Assembly: GCF_963921235.1 (NCBI RefSeq) | Contig: NC_086097.1 | Coordinates: 78,804,001 to 78,868,000 of the forward strand | Direction: 5' to 3' | Length of the DNA: 64,000 nt | Origin: Mobula hypostoma | Lineage: Eukaryota | In this document: positions 11,452 through 23,885 of the stretch, piece after piece | Layout: every line of letters starts with the position of its first letter | How positions within the stretch are numbered: position 1 is the stretch's first letter | Translations under genes and position numbers: made by a program | The notes under the pieces: generated by a model | Seen by the model: the letters and a program-made list of their open reading frames with translations, nothing else | Database searches by the model: none | Told to the model about the DNA's origin: nothing

Positions 11452-12494
11452 CAAGAGCCCCCTTTACCTACTCCTCTATAGCACTTCCCCCTGGGCCTAA
11501 TCAACCCCGTGGAGGACAAGGGCCCCCTTTACGTACTCCTCTATAGCACTTCCCCCTGGGCCTAATCAACCCCGTGGAGGACAAGGGCCCCCTTTACGTA
11601 CTCCTCTATAGCACTTCCCCCTGGGCCTAGTCAACCCCACGGAGGACAAGAGCCCCCTTTACGTACTCCTCTATAGCACTTCCCCCTGGGCCTAGTCAAC
11701 CCCGCGGAGGACAAGAGCCCCCTTTACGTACTCCTCTATAGCACTTCCCCCTGGGCCTAGTCAACCCCGCGGAGGACAAGGTCCCCCTTTACCTAGTCCT
11801 CTATAGCACTTCCCCCTGGGCCTAGTCAACCCCGCGGAGGACAAGAGCCCCCTTTACGTACTCCTCTATAGCACTTCCCCCTGGGCCTAGTCAACCCCGC
11901 GGAGGACAAGAGCCCCCTTTACGTACTCCTCTATAGCACTTCCCCCTGGGCCTAGTCAACCCCGCGGAGGACAAGGTCCCCCTTTACCTAGTCCTCTATA
12001 GCACTTCCCCCTGGGCCTAGTCAACCCCGCGGAGGACAAGGGCCCCCTTTACCTACTCCTCTATAGCACTTCCCCCTGGGCCTAGTCAACCCCGCGGAGG
12101 ACAAGAGCCCCCTTTACCTACTCCTCTATAGCACTTCCCCCTGGGCCTAGTCAACCCCGCGGAGGACAAGGCCCCCTTTACCTACTCCTCTATAGCACTT
12201 CCCCCTGGGCCTAGTCAACCCCGCGGAGGACAAGAGCCCCCTTTACCTACTCCTCTATAGCACTTCCCCCTGGGCCTAGTCAACCCCGCGGAGGACAAGA
12301 GCCCCCTTTACCTACTCCTCTATAGCACTTCCCCCTGGGCCTAGTCAACCCCGCGGAGGACAAGAGCCCCCTTTACCTACTCCTCTATAGCACTTCCCCC
12401 TGGGCCTAGTCAACCCCGCGGAGGACAAGAGCCCCCTTTACCTACTCCTCTATAGCACTTCCCCCTGGGCCTAATCAACCCCGTGGAGGACAAG
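11452..12494. repeat. Tandem array, 16 copies of a 65-bp unit (one copy 64 bp)
   Basis: Unit caagagccccctttacctactcctctatagcacttccccctgggcctagtcaaccccgcggagga, head to tail with no spacers. Confidence 0.97.
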
Positions 12495-13301
12495 TACTAG
12501 GCAATAGATCTATTGTACAGTCATAGGGTTGGTGAGGTGGAGGAATCGAGGCCTTTCCCTTTTTGAAGGCCTCTTACAAATTCATGTGGATGTAAGGGAT
12601 TTTGACTGATTTGGGCATCGCATCTGCCCCCAATTCCTCAGACAACGGCATCGAGGCACTATAAATGGTCTTTATGCTCTTTGGTCTAGGTTCCAAGGGT
12701 CTACGTTTAGGAATTTTTCCCTTAGACGGGACCTGATCACTGGATCCCTAAGGTTTGGATGCCAGAGCTCCAGACTGCATAGGCTCATCCTTGGCTTGCT
12801 CCTGAGCTAGAGATTCTCTCCCTCTAGTTCCAGCGCATCCCCAACCAGACAGGGTTGGTACTCATGGTCCTGTTGGCTGGAGCCAGCTTGTCTGCCCTTG
12901 GAGGCAGGGCTGGGTCTCCCGAAAGCTCCAGGTTACCCCCAACAAAAGTCTGCCTCCTCGACAGCCACTGGTCTTGGGAGAGTCTGGGGGTTGGATCACC
13001 AAGCCGAAAACATATCCTCTTGCTATGTCTTGCTATGAATGATCCTCCCTTCCTTCCAGTTCATGGATAGGTTATACTGGGACAGCCAAGGGTGCCTGAG
13101 GATCAGTGGTATGTGAAGAGAATTAATGATATAGAAACAAATGTCCTCCACATATCTGCTGCAGAATCTGCCTGGAACCTATAGGTTGACCGTGCAGGGT
13201 TATTGCAGGCATGGGCTGGCTCAACTCTTGCAGAGGTATGTCGAGGCAATGGGCAGTCCTCAAGTCCAGAAAATTACCAGCTGCGCTAGAGTCCGCAAAG
13301 G

Positions 13302-13855
13302 CAGGGGTCCCCAACCTTTTTTGCACCGCGGACCGGTTTAATATTGACAATATACTTGTGGACCGGCTGACAGGGGGTTGGGGGGGGGGGGTTGTTCAAG
13401 TAGGGTTGCCAACTTTCTCACTCCCAAATAAGGGACAAAAGTAGCAGTCAAATACAGGACACTGTGTTTACCTCAAGAAAGACTAGCATGACGTGTCTTG
13501 TGCGCATGTGTGACAGGTGCATGCGTGTGTGTGCTGATTTATTTTTCCACAAATCGGTTTTGGCTTAATCTTCCCAATTCTGTTAAGTGAAACTACACTG
13601 TACATACATTATTTCTACTTCATATAGGCCGTGTATTTATCATATCATTCCTGCTTTTATTGTATGTTAGTGTTATTTTAGGTTATATGTGTTATTTGGT
13701 ATGATTTGGTAGGTTATTTCAAGTTCAACAGTGCGTGACAGGGAATGAGGAAAGGTGCAGCTGACTCATATCGTTTCATATCACCAAATCATATCATTTC
13801 CTTGCATGCCTTGCGGCCCAGTACCAGTCCACAGCCCGGTGGTTGGGGACCACTG
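13302..13855. mobile_element. Non-autonomous hAT DNA transposon inserted in the Gypsy protease
   Basis: TIRs CAGGGGTCCCCAACC / GGTTGGGGACCACTG; 8-bp TSD cgcaaagg (13294-13301) / cacaaagg (13856-13863). Confidence 0.9.
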
Positions 13856-14778
13856 CACAAAGGTATTCACCTCTCGTCAGTTTTCAGTCCAGGAGATCTC
13901 TGCCTTCAGTGTGTCACCAGAATCAGTAGAGTTGGGAGCAGTGGCTGCTACCGTCACAGACTTCCTAACACTGCTAACCGACTACTCTGATGCACCATCA
14001 TCAGATAGTCCGAGGCTCTGTTTACTCCGGTGGGATGATGGAACACCCTCTTCATGGTATCCATGAATTCCTCCGATTCTGAGCAAACCTTCAACCTCCA
14101 ACCTCTACTCCCAATGTGCAATGGCCCATGCCAGGGCTCTCTCGGTCAGGAGAGAGATCAAGAAGGCCATCTTTCCGGGCTGCACAGGACACTGGGACAG
14201 CTGGAGTTCAAACACCAATGAGCACTGAGTGAGAAAGCCACGGCAAGAGCCAGGGTCACTGCGAAATCTCTCCGGGGTCGTAAGATGGAGTGACTCCGTA
14301 GAGCAATCGACAGCCTCACCTGAGCGACTCTGGCTTCTTCCTTGCGAAGGTTGGCACTTGGCCCGGAGGTTGTGTATCTCCAGGTTTTGTCTAGAAATGC
14401 TCTCACTGTGGCTGGCCATAGCTGATGAGAGGCTCTGATACCTCCCTGGGTCCATGTTAGGCACAATCGTACTGTAATGAGAGACCCAGGAAAGGATGGT
14501 TTGGACCCAAGTGTTGGAGTATCTGAGACTAGAATTGAGACATGAATTGAGACTGAAAGGGTATTAAACTAGACACTAGATGAGAATCCAAAATTGAGCT
14601 GCCAATTTAGCACCGAACCTCAGTTCAGGTGCTCTTTAAATATTAATTTGTTGGCACCAAAACAAGACCACCAATTAGCAGAACAGGCCTGAATCTTAAA
14701 AGCACCAGCTACCCATATTCCAGAGAGCTAGAGCATCTAAATGCCAGAGCCAGTTGCAGTCAGGATCATGTCATAACA

Positions 14779-15345
14779 GGACTGAGTTCGAGAGTCCTGA
14801 GGCACTGTTGAAGCTCTATAAAACTGGTTAGACCACACTTGGAGTATTGTGTTCATTTCTGGTCACCTCATGAGAGGAAAGGTATGGAAGCTTTAAGAAG
14901 CATGCAAAGGAGATTTACCAAGGTTTTGCCTGGATTAGAGAACATGTCTTATGAAAATATGTTGAGCGAGTAAGGCTTTTCTCTTTGGAGTGAAGGAGGA
15001 TGAGTGGTATCTTGATAGACGTGTATAAGATTATAAGAGGCATAGATAGAGTGGATACCCAAGTGCCTTTTCCCCAGTGTGGCAGTGGCTAACACCAGAG
15101 GATCTTCTTTTAAGGTGAATGGAGGAAAGTTTAGGCGAGATATCAGAAGCAATTTTTTTTTTACACAGGGAGTGGTAGGTGTGCGGAATGCACTGCTGAG
15201 AGTGGTGGTGGAGGCTGATATATTAGGAATATTTAAGAGACTCTAGATAGGCACATGAGTGAAAGGAAAAAGGAAGGTTATGAACTATGTAGGTGGGAAG
15301 TGTTAGATTGAACTTGGATTAAAGTTAAAGGCTGGCACAACATTG
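14779..15345 (+). mobile_element. CR1 LINE 3' fragment (right part of the Gypsy-interrupted copy)
   Basis: gttagaccacacttggagtattgtgttc encodes the VRPHLEYCV motif, followed by typical CR1 3' sequence. Confidence 0.8.
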
Positions 15346-15766
15346 AGGCGTCAGTCATGTTGACTGAGGGTAGTCTGATTGGGTAGTAATTAGCTAAAGT
15401 GGACTTCTACAGTGTTTTGTGACTTGGATGCACCTGAACAGTTTACTATGTTGTTAAGTAATTGCCAAAATTATAATTTTACTGGAACAGTGCGGATGGA
15501 GGCATAGCTGGTTCAGAATCATGTGTTTTCAGTACTGCAGCTGTAAGTTGTTCAGCTGTATAGCCAGTCAGCCCATTTGCTTCTCGATATCATGTGGACT
15601 GAACTGGATGAAGGTTGGCCCTGATATGATGAAGAAATGCCAAACTATATTATCAGCGTGTGCAATGGTACACCTGGTTAAAAGTGAATGAAAGGCTTGT
15701 GCTTCCCCTTTACCACGATGTACCTGGACTCCAGCATTGTTGACATTGAAGATGCTTTTGTGGACA

Positions 15767-15769
<3 letters not shown>

Positions 15770-15804
<35 letters not shown>

Positions 15805-15815
15805 TGTGTCTGTGT
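15770..15815. repeat. (TG)n microsatellite
   Basis: Direct reading. Confidence 0.95.
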
Positions 15816-17439
15816 CAGAGTGGGGTGCATGCCTGTTTTGCCTCTGGCCCCAGTGCTTTGTAAGTAATATACCAGACTTTGCCCTCCTGCTAACAGAGCC
15901 TTTTCCTCTGTCAGCTTTGCAATTAGGAATGGAAAGTAGTCACTGGACTGTGAGTGAAGGTAAAAAGCTCCAAAACCTTTGCTTGTCTCTGCCTCAATGT
16001 GCTTTAAAGTTATTCATTCAGTCATAGTAAGTTAGGGAGGTTGTAAAACTTATGGAACTACTTTGAAACATCCACATCCAGTCCCATTATTAGAGAGAGG
16101 GACAGATTAAAGTGATGATAGATCAAACATGCAGTATTGAAGGACATGACTGAACTATCAGCACAGTGACAGTCAGTGACTGACCTTTGAGCACAATGTA
16201 TCAATATGAGACATCATTCACTGTTGCACTTTCATCAATTGCACAAATATCCCATAGAACTTGCATCAGACCTAATAAACTGTAAATAATTATGTTGAGC
16301 CATGGTATTGAGCCAGAAATGATCAGTAAAATCAAAGTTCAAGGACATTTCTATGGTAAAATTATACTTAAAAATAAAAATCAGTTAATTGCCTAAATCT
16401 AAATCATAAATAGGGCAGTGTCTTTTTAAAATCATTCAATCCCACTGTGTAAATAAATCCTTGTTCAGCTTCTCTTGTTTGCTCTCTGAGGTCAGGGTAC
16501 CTTCAGCAACTGTTACTTTATCAGAGGCCTTATCACCACAGGAATTACTGCGATTGAAATCTTTTTTTCTTTTGAAACCATGTTGTTACTAATTTGCCTA
16601 GTGGCTGAATACAACAGCCCAATACCAGATCCCAGCGGGAAATGTAAAACAGCAAATTAAGTGGGATAATAATTTCTAAATCTTCACTTCAAATTAAAGC
16701 TTGTATACTTAGCAGGAAACTATAAGCCATACCTCAGAACAACACAAAGTATTTCCAGTATATATCACTGTTTGGGTAAACCGACGGTATGCTCTAAAAG
16801 AGGACCCGACCATCTTGCATCATCTCACTCTTTCAATATATTGTTCCATTCCTTTATTCTTGGTTTACTTTTTTGTGGCTGAAATGCACTCATGGTGTTC
16901 ACTGCAATTAATATGCAAAGCATGTTCTTGCCATTCTCTGGATAAGATTTATGACACCTAATGTTCCACTACCTTGAGTTGGAAGTGTCTTTATTATCCC
17001 CACTCTTCCACCTCTTCTACTTTTTTTGCTGTGCATGTTAAGAGTGCAAAACCTACTGATTTCTCCTTAGCCTGTAGCCCTCTAGTGCAGGGGATTTTCT
17101 CATTTCAGTGTTACATGTGGTGTGAGGTCACCACAAGTATGCCTAAAGATTGGTTAAGGTGGAGTGCAAAAGCACACTACTTTCCAATCTTGCAATTAAT
17201 GAGTACCCTCCTTAGAGAAGTGGACAACTGCAGAGAGCAAACATGCTGTGGTGGTGTAACGTCACAGCAGTACAACACCAAGCACTCTACTCTAATCAGA
17301 CTACATGAATTTTACTCACAGGGCAAAAGGAAAAGTTGTAATAGGTTATCAAAAGAACACATATCAAGTTTAACACCAACCAGCCAATGGGTTTAATTTG
17401 CATTGTAGAAGGAAAATTTATGCTTGCAGAAAATAATGA

Positions 17440-18850
17440 GTAGAGTGAATTTATTTTCTCTGGAATTTAGAACACAAAAGCTGATCTGACCAAATCTTAG
17501 CATTTGTTTGAAGGGTTTTACAGAAGACTGGACATCTTTGTCTATTAGTTACTCTCAGTACAATAGGGTTAGCCATTTGGGGCTGAGACAGGAGGAAATT
17601 ATTTTTCACTTAGATGTTTTAAATCTCTGCATTAAGAGATTGAGTTATTAAATGCATGTAAGCCAAAAAAAAAGAGATTAAAACGTTTTTGAGTAGGAAA
17701 TTGGAAATGCAGATCAGTCATCATCTCATTGAAAGGAAATTGTCAAATGCAAAGATAAGCCATGTGAGTTGCTCTTGTCTTCATGAAAGATAATTGCTGC
17801 TCCAAGCTTACATCGCATGACATTTGAAGAGTGTAGGAAGCCAAAGACAAAGTAGTGGAAGTGGCATGGAGAATTGAGGTGACAGGCAACTGAAAGCTGG
17901 AGGCCTTTCTGACTACACCCAATCTGCCTTTCTTTCATTTCTCCAGTGTAGGGGAGACTGCATCATGAACACTGAGTACAGAACACTAAACTGAAAGTTC
18001 AGCCAGAAGGCCATTTATGTCTCTGGATTGTGGGACAGGAAGAGGTAAAAGGTCAGGTGTTGCATTTCCTGTGGCTGCTTAGCAAAGTTCTTGTGAAGAG
18101 GTTGTTCTTGGAGATGGAAGAAAGAAATAGAGAGTCAGACAGGAAATGGTCCCTCTGAAATGCTGGAAGGGAATGTGAAGTGTCATTTGGTGGCACTTCT
18201 TTCAAGGTGGAAGAAATTACAGAGGATGAAAAATGAAAATGAAATTAGAGGGTAGATGAGAATAAGGAGAATTCTATCCTTACTCTTGGCATAAGAAGGA
18301 GGAATGAACGTAGAGGTGGGTTTAATGTGAGGATGGTTTAAATGAGATTTAGGAGGGAAGAGTGGTAGGTGCTTCGAATGCACTGCTAGGGCGTGAGGTA
18401 GAAGTAGATACAACAGCAATGTTTATGTAGCATTTAGACAGGCAGATGAACAGGATGGGAAGAGAGGGATATAGACACAGACATGTAGGTTTAGGTTACA
18501 TAGGCATTGGGCAGCAGGGACATTGTGAAGCAATGTTGTAAAGTTCTGCTTTCCATCTGTGCAGCAAATAGAGCAAGTGAAGTTAATAGGGCTAGAAATT
18601 ATAGCAGAGGGGAAGCCATTTTTAAGAAAATAGGTCAGTGTGGAAAGTCTTATCATCAGGACAAGTAAAACAGAGGCAAAGAAACTTGGAGACAGAATAG
18701 AGTTCTTATAGGAAGCTGGCTGAGAGATGGTGTTGTCCAGAAAGCCTTGGGAATCCTTGAGATGGAAATAGAAAGAAAATTATGAAAAAGAAGGTGAATA
18801 GCCAGAAATGGACCACGTGAAAGTGAGACCTTTCGGTGACCTTCACTCAA
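17440..18850. mobile_element. Highly decayed CR1 3' pieces interleaved with an old minus-strand PLE remnant
   Basis: 17760-18300 weakly resembles the PLE GIY-YIG/linker region; 18350-18530 resembles CR1 3' ends. Confidence 0.45.
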
Positions 18851-19499
18851 AAGAAACCTCTATGGATTCGACTATACCAAAAGTTTCCTAATAATACTGA
18901 GATTTGTGTTGCCAATCTTACATCTATTTCCATTTTTAACCAAGGCAAACAGACTTGCTATAACCTTCCTGTCTTGGTGGAATGGGACAATCTATTTCTA
19001 ATTGGTCTCACACAGTGTAGTTATCTGCAGATCATCCACATAGAAAAGTCAATAGTTTTGGTGAATAATAGCTACCATATGCTATAAAATCTTATCTAAA
19101 TGAGTTGCTGGCTCTTACAAAGACAGAAGGTTAGAATTCCACATTGCCGATAAAGTCCTGTTAATAATTAGCATTTGTTTGGCAGTTTTTGCAGTCCCTG
19201 CTGTACATTACCTTTATTCTAAATGCTATCTACAATGAGCTAAACAATATCAAGTCTGATAATCTAGGTGAGATTGGTTACCTCGCTTTTGCAATGAAAC
19301 TAAAGCAATGTTTTAGGGTTGAGTGGTGATGGGGAGTTCAGTACTCTTTGTAACTGGTACCTCAATGTACCTGTTCCAGGAGGTCCCCAGTCATTGCCAC
19401 TCTTAAAACTTTCCTGATTTGCAGAATGCCGAATATGGAGATCAGAAACAAAAAGTATGCACAGAAAAATCCAGTCAGTAAAGATGATTAAAAAATACA

Positions 19500-20050
19500 A
19501 ACCTTAACATTTTAAATGGAATACATATGGCATTTGAAAAAAGATAGATGAGTTGACAGTAACTTATGAGTACATTACGGAGACATGTGGCAGGGTGACC
19601 AAGATTGCATTCCCAATATTATAGGCTATCTGATGTTCCAAAACAACAAGGCAAAAGGGAAAGGGGATGAGATAGACTTGTTAATCAAGGAAAGTATCAG
19701 AGTGGTGTCCAGTGATAATATAGGTGCAGTGGATAGTGATGTAGAATCGGTTTGGATTGAAATTATGAACAACAGGGGAAAGAACACATAGGTGAGAGGA
19801 GTCTATTGATCCCCAAAATGTGACCTCTCAATGGGATGGAGCATAAAAAGGAAATATCTAAGCCATTTTTGAAATGAACTGCATTTGTCTTGGGGATGGG
19901 GGTTAATCTACATTTTGATTGGACAAACCAAACTGGCAAGTGCATAACAAGTTGTGGATTATGCCAGGGATTGTTTCTGAGAATGGTGTGTTACAGAATC
20001 TATCCTGGAACTGGCTATTTTAGATTTGGTCTTGTGTAATGCAGAACAAT
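19500..20050 (+). mobile_element. CR1 endonuclease-domain fragment
   Basis: ETW, GY.MF..., ESVWIEI motifs in ORF 19585..19791 and flanks. Confidence 0.7.
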
Positions 20051-20079
20051 TAAGATCTTGTCCCTTGAATCAAGATCTT

Positions 20080-21180
20080 AAACCTTTCCCTATCACTCAG
20101 GTCCTCAAGTCCTGGCAACATCCTTGTAAATTTTCTTTGCACTCTTTCTTGTAAGTAGATGAACAGAATTGCACACAATAGGCCAATAGTCTAATTCATC
20201 TACTCAGTACTTTGACTTCTGAAAGCCAATGCGAAAGTTCATCTGGTCCCGGTGATTTCCCAAGCACCTTCTCCACAGTAATAGTGACTACACTAACTTC
20301 TACCCCTAACACTCTCAAATTTCTGGCATGCTGCTAGTATCTTCCACAGTGAAGACAGATGCAAATGATTTATTCAGACTGCTATTCGTTTATTCCCCAT
20401 TGTTACTTTTCCAGCATCATTTTCCATTAGCCCAATGTCTATTCTTACCTCTCTTTTACTCTTCCTATATCTGATAAAAAAACACTTTTGCCATCCTCTT
20501 TTATATTATTGACTAATTTAACTTCATCAATCATCTTTTCCCTCCTTATTGCTTTTTTTTTGTTGCCTTCTGCTGGTTTTTAAAAGTTTCCCAATCCTCT
20601 AGCTCCTCACAAATTTTTGGTATACTATATGCCTTTTGCTTTTACTGTCAGCCATGGTTGCCTCATTCTCCCTTTAGAATGCTTCATCTTTGGGATGAAC
20701 CGATCCTGCAACTTCAAAATTACTCCCAGAAAGTCTAGCTATTGTTGCTCTACCATCATCCCTGCTATTGTTGCCTTCCAACCAACTTTGTCCAGCTCCT
20801 CTCTTATGCCTTTACCCATCTTTAATACAGATACATCTGATCTTAGCTTCTCCCTTTCAAACTGCAGAGTGAATTCTATCATATTATGCTCACGGCCTTT
20901 TAAGGGTTCCTTTACCTTAAACTCCCTAATCAAACCTTGTTCATTGCATAACACCCAATCTAGAATTACCTTTTCCCAAATGGACTCGACCACAAACCTC
21001 TCTAAAAAGCCATCTCATAGGCATTCTACAAATTCATTTTCTTTGGATCCTATACCAACTTGATTTTTCCATACTGCTGTACCTGCATATTGAAATCCCC
21101 CATGACCATCATAACTTTGCCCTTTTTTATGTGTTTTCTATCTCAAGGTCTTTCATCAGGGTCTTATTATCCTTGCAATT
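20080..21180 (-). mobile_element. CR1 fragments (rearranged)
   Basis: ORF 20739..20993 ILDWVLCNEQGLIREFKVKEPL...HNMIEF, the C-terminus of the CR1 endonuclease. Confidence 0.75.
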
Positions 21181-21184
21181 CTTC

Positions 21185-21590
21185 TCCGTGGATTGTCACC
21201 TTGTCAGGGTGGAGAGGCTTGTGTGGTCCTGAGATCCCGAGAGCGATGCCATCTGGAGCTATGCTCCTGGTAGGGTCACCCACGGCGATAAGGTCGAGGG
21301 TGAGGTCCCTGACAAAGAACAATCCTACCAAGACCTCAACGGTAAAACAGGCAGATTAAGTTACTTCGAACTCAATGGCTGTGAAGGCGGATGAAGGCTG
21401 CAACAAATCCATCAGCTCCAATCATCATGGTTTCCATGCCATTGGAATCAGTTGGTTGATTTGTGAAGTATTACGTGCTTCTTGGAGTGCAACATCAAGT
21501 ACACGTTAAACAAATACACGCACAGGCGTCTTCACTCTGTGAACAGAATGAAGGCCATCATCCTCGACCTTGAGGGATAGCCATGACATC
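21185..21590 (+). mobile_element. Non-autonomous RTE-derived element (5' module plus short 3' end)
   Basis: caccttgtc..ggagaggcttg...gctatg...ggtagggtcaccca resembles RTE-clade (BovB/Expander-type) 5' UTRs from memory; no ORF. Confidence 0.5.
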
Positions 21591-22199
21591 CTTGCAATTT
21601 CTTAACTCTTCCAAGGATTCTACATCTTCTGATCCTTTGTCGCTTTCTACCAACAAAGCACCCCAACCCCTCTGCCCACCTACCTATCCTTTTGATATGA
21701 TATGTATCCTTGGATGTTAAGCTCCTTTGAACCATGACTCTGTGATGCACATAATGTCACACCCGCCAATTTCTAACTGTGCTACAAGATCACCTATTTA
21801 TTTCATACCCCTCTTTCAATTTTGAATGAAAATTGTCTAAAGTTGTCTACATGTTGTCTAAAGTTAATTCTTTAACCCTTTCAAAACTTTTTGTCTTATT
21901 CTTTGTTCTGGAGACCTCAGTAACCTCCCCTGAACCTTTCTTCCTTACTAAATTATTTTATTAGTTGTAATTTGGTATATTTTAATTAGCTATAAAGAAG
22001 CTTGAACTAAAGACTGTCTTCAGTTTAAATGAGGGTTATTATAATGGAATGATAATGGAGTTGTAGAGGAAAAAGAAGTTGAAACACAGGTTGGTAGATG
22101 ATCATCATCAGGTTATGAACCGCTGGAATGAGAAAGAGGGGCTCCATGAGAAAGAGACATAATCTGTTGTTCACAAAGAGAATCAAGGATAATGTTAAA

Positions 22200-23385
22200 T
22201 TGAAAGGTAGAGCATAAAATGGCAAGTGCTAGCAGTAGCCAGAGGGCTTGGAAATTTCTTAGATCCAATGGTGAATTGATTTTGGGGGAATACTTGTATG
22301 TAATATCAAAGCAAACAGTAAAAGTTTCTACAGATTTGAAAAAAGGAAGGCAGTGGTTATGGTTGGTGTAATACGTCTACTGAACAAGATTGGTGAATTA
22401 ATAACAGGGTCAAGGAAACAGCAGATGTGTTAATCAATATTTTGCATTAGACCTCACTGTGGAGAACATTGCAAATACTTCTAAAATAACAGATGGGCTA
22501 CTTTAAAGTAACAGGAAGAAACTTTAAAATATCTGAATTGCAAGGGGTAAAGTATTGGAGAATCTCATATGAGGCCAAAGATGACAAATTGCTAGGATCC
22601 TATGGCTTGTACCCAATGGTTTTAAAGAAAGTACTGCATATATAGTGAATCCATTGGTTGAAATTGATCAAAACTCACTGAATTCAGGGATGGGTGGAAG
22701 GTGGAAAATACCTAATGTCAATCCCTTGTTCAAAAAGAGAGGAATGCAGAAGACAGGGAATTATCGACCAGTTAATTTAAAATATCTTAGGGGTAAGATA
22801 CTAGAGTTAATAATTAAAGAGAAAATTACCAATCACATCACTAAGTCAACATGGTTTTATGGAAGGTAAATCACATTTGACATACTTACTCAACTTCTTT
22901 GAAGATGTGACAGGGAAAGTTGATAAGAGAGGAATTAGTTGATGTAATTTATTTAAATTACCAAAAGATATATACCAAAGTGCCACTTGAGAAGCAGGTG
23001 TCTAAATTACGGGCCAGAGTAGTAGAGGAATTTGCATGTATGGAAAGCTGATGTCACATAGAAAACATAGAGCTGGGGAAAATAAATTATCTTATTCAGG
23101 GTGGAGCATGTGCTGTGATTCGTGCTGTGCCCCAGGGATTGGCTCTCTGTCCTCAGTTGTTTATCATTAATGGTCATGATGAAGGGATGGAGCGAAATGT
23201 AAGATTTCCAAGTTTCCCAATGATATGAAAATAGGTGAAAGGGCATGTTGTGAGGAGGCCAAGGAGGCCACTGTGATTCTGCAGCAGGATGCAAATAGTT
23301 TAAATGATTGGGTGAAACCCTGGCAAGTAGATTTTAATGTGGTGAAGTGTGAGGTCATGAACTTTGGTAGGAGGAATCAGAGCTG
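22200..23385 (+). mobile_element. Degenerate CR1 RT fragment
   Basis: WKIPNVNPLFKKRGMQKTGNYRPVNL (22645..22869); WQVDFNVVKCEVMNFGRRN (23225..). Confidence 0.8.
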
Positions 23386-23389
23386 TCTA

Positions 23390-23885
23390 GATACACAAGC
23401 CTGGGAAGGACAATATGGAGAGCAAGCTGTTGCCCATGTAGCAAGCTCCCCCTCTCTATGCATTTGATGAACGCACAGGAACGGCAGAGACCAATACAGC
23501 TTGGTACCAGCAGTGTCACAGGAGTTGCCAGTCGGCACTGAACTCAATGTAGGACTGCCTTAGGGACTCCAGCTCCAGCATTCCCCACCCCCACAGGGTT
23601 TACTTCCGAAACCTTCCCCACAAGCGGATAGAGCCACAAGCAGCAAAGTTTTGAGATCGGATTTTTCCTTCTCCTAGATGAGCTACCAACCACGGCTGAT
23701 GAGCCCCATCTGCCGAAAGCGATTGGTCTTAAGACATCATTAACCCGCTTTTGCCCATTTTCCTGTCAGTAGTTCCACCAGGCTTAGTAGCCAAGACACA
23801 TGTGAAGGCCAGGAGCTGGACTTAGTTGTCAGAGGTTATTTGAGACACACACCATTGGGAGCATTTGATAGGTAGTGGGAGCTTG
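23390..23885 (-). mobile_element. RTE-clade 5'-UTR-derived element, split by the L1; remainder at 26860-26915
   Basis: Homologous to 60110-60290 (actccagctcc..gggtttac..ccgaa..cttcccc); continues across the L1 through the TSD. Confidence 0.6.

Larger units (their letters stand above)
8795..14778 (-). mobile_element. Degenerate near-full-length chromovirus-type Ty3/Gypsy element (gag-PR-RT-RH-IN-chromodomain)
   Basis: 5' LTR about 14473-14778; gag ATG at 14455 (MDP...PERFRSDPGSCRGFLTQC); protease ADSSAAGNFLD about 13270-13295; RT/RH about 10400-11400; integrase MDFVTGLP (9614..9931); chromodomain with stops about 8950-9100; PPT-like AGGGAAGG next to a truncated 3' LTR 8795-8903 homologous to 14670-14778. 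Confidence 0.9.

Noticed and set aside
11452..12494. CRISPR-like array
   Set aside because: Units are contiguous with no unique spacers, derive from Gypsy pol, and there are no cas genes; the context is eukaryotic.
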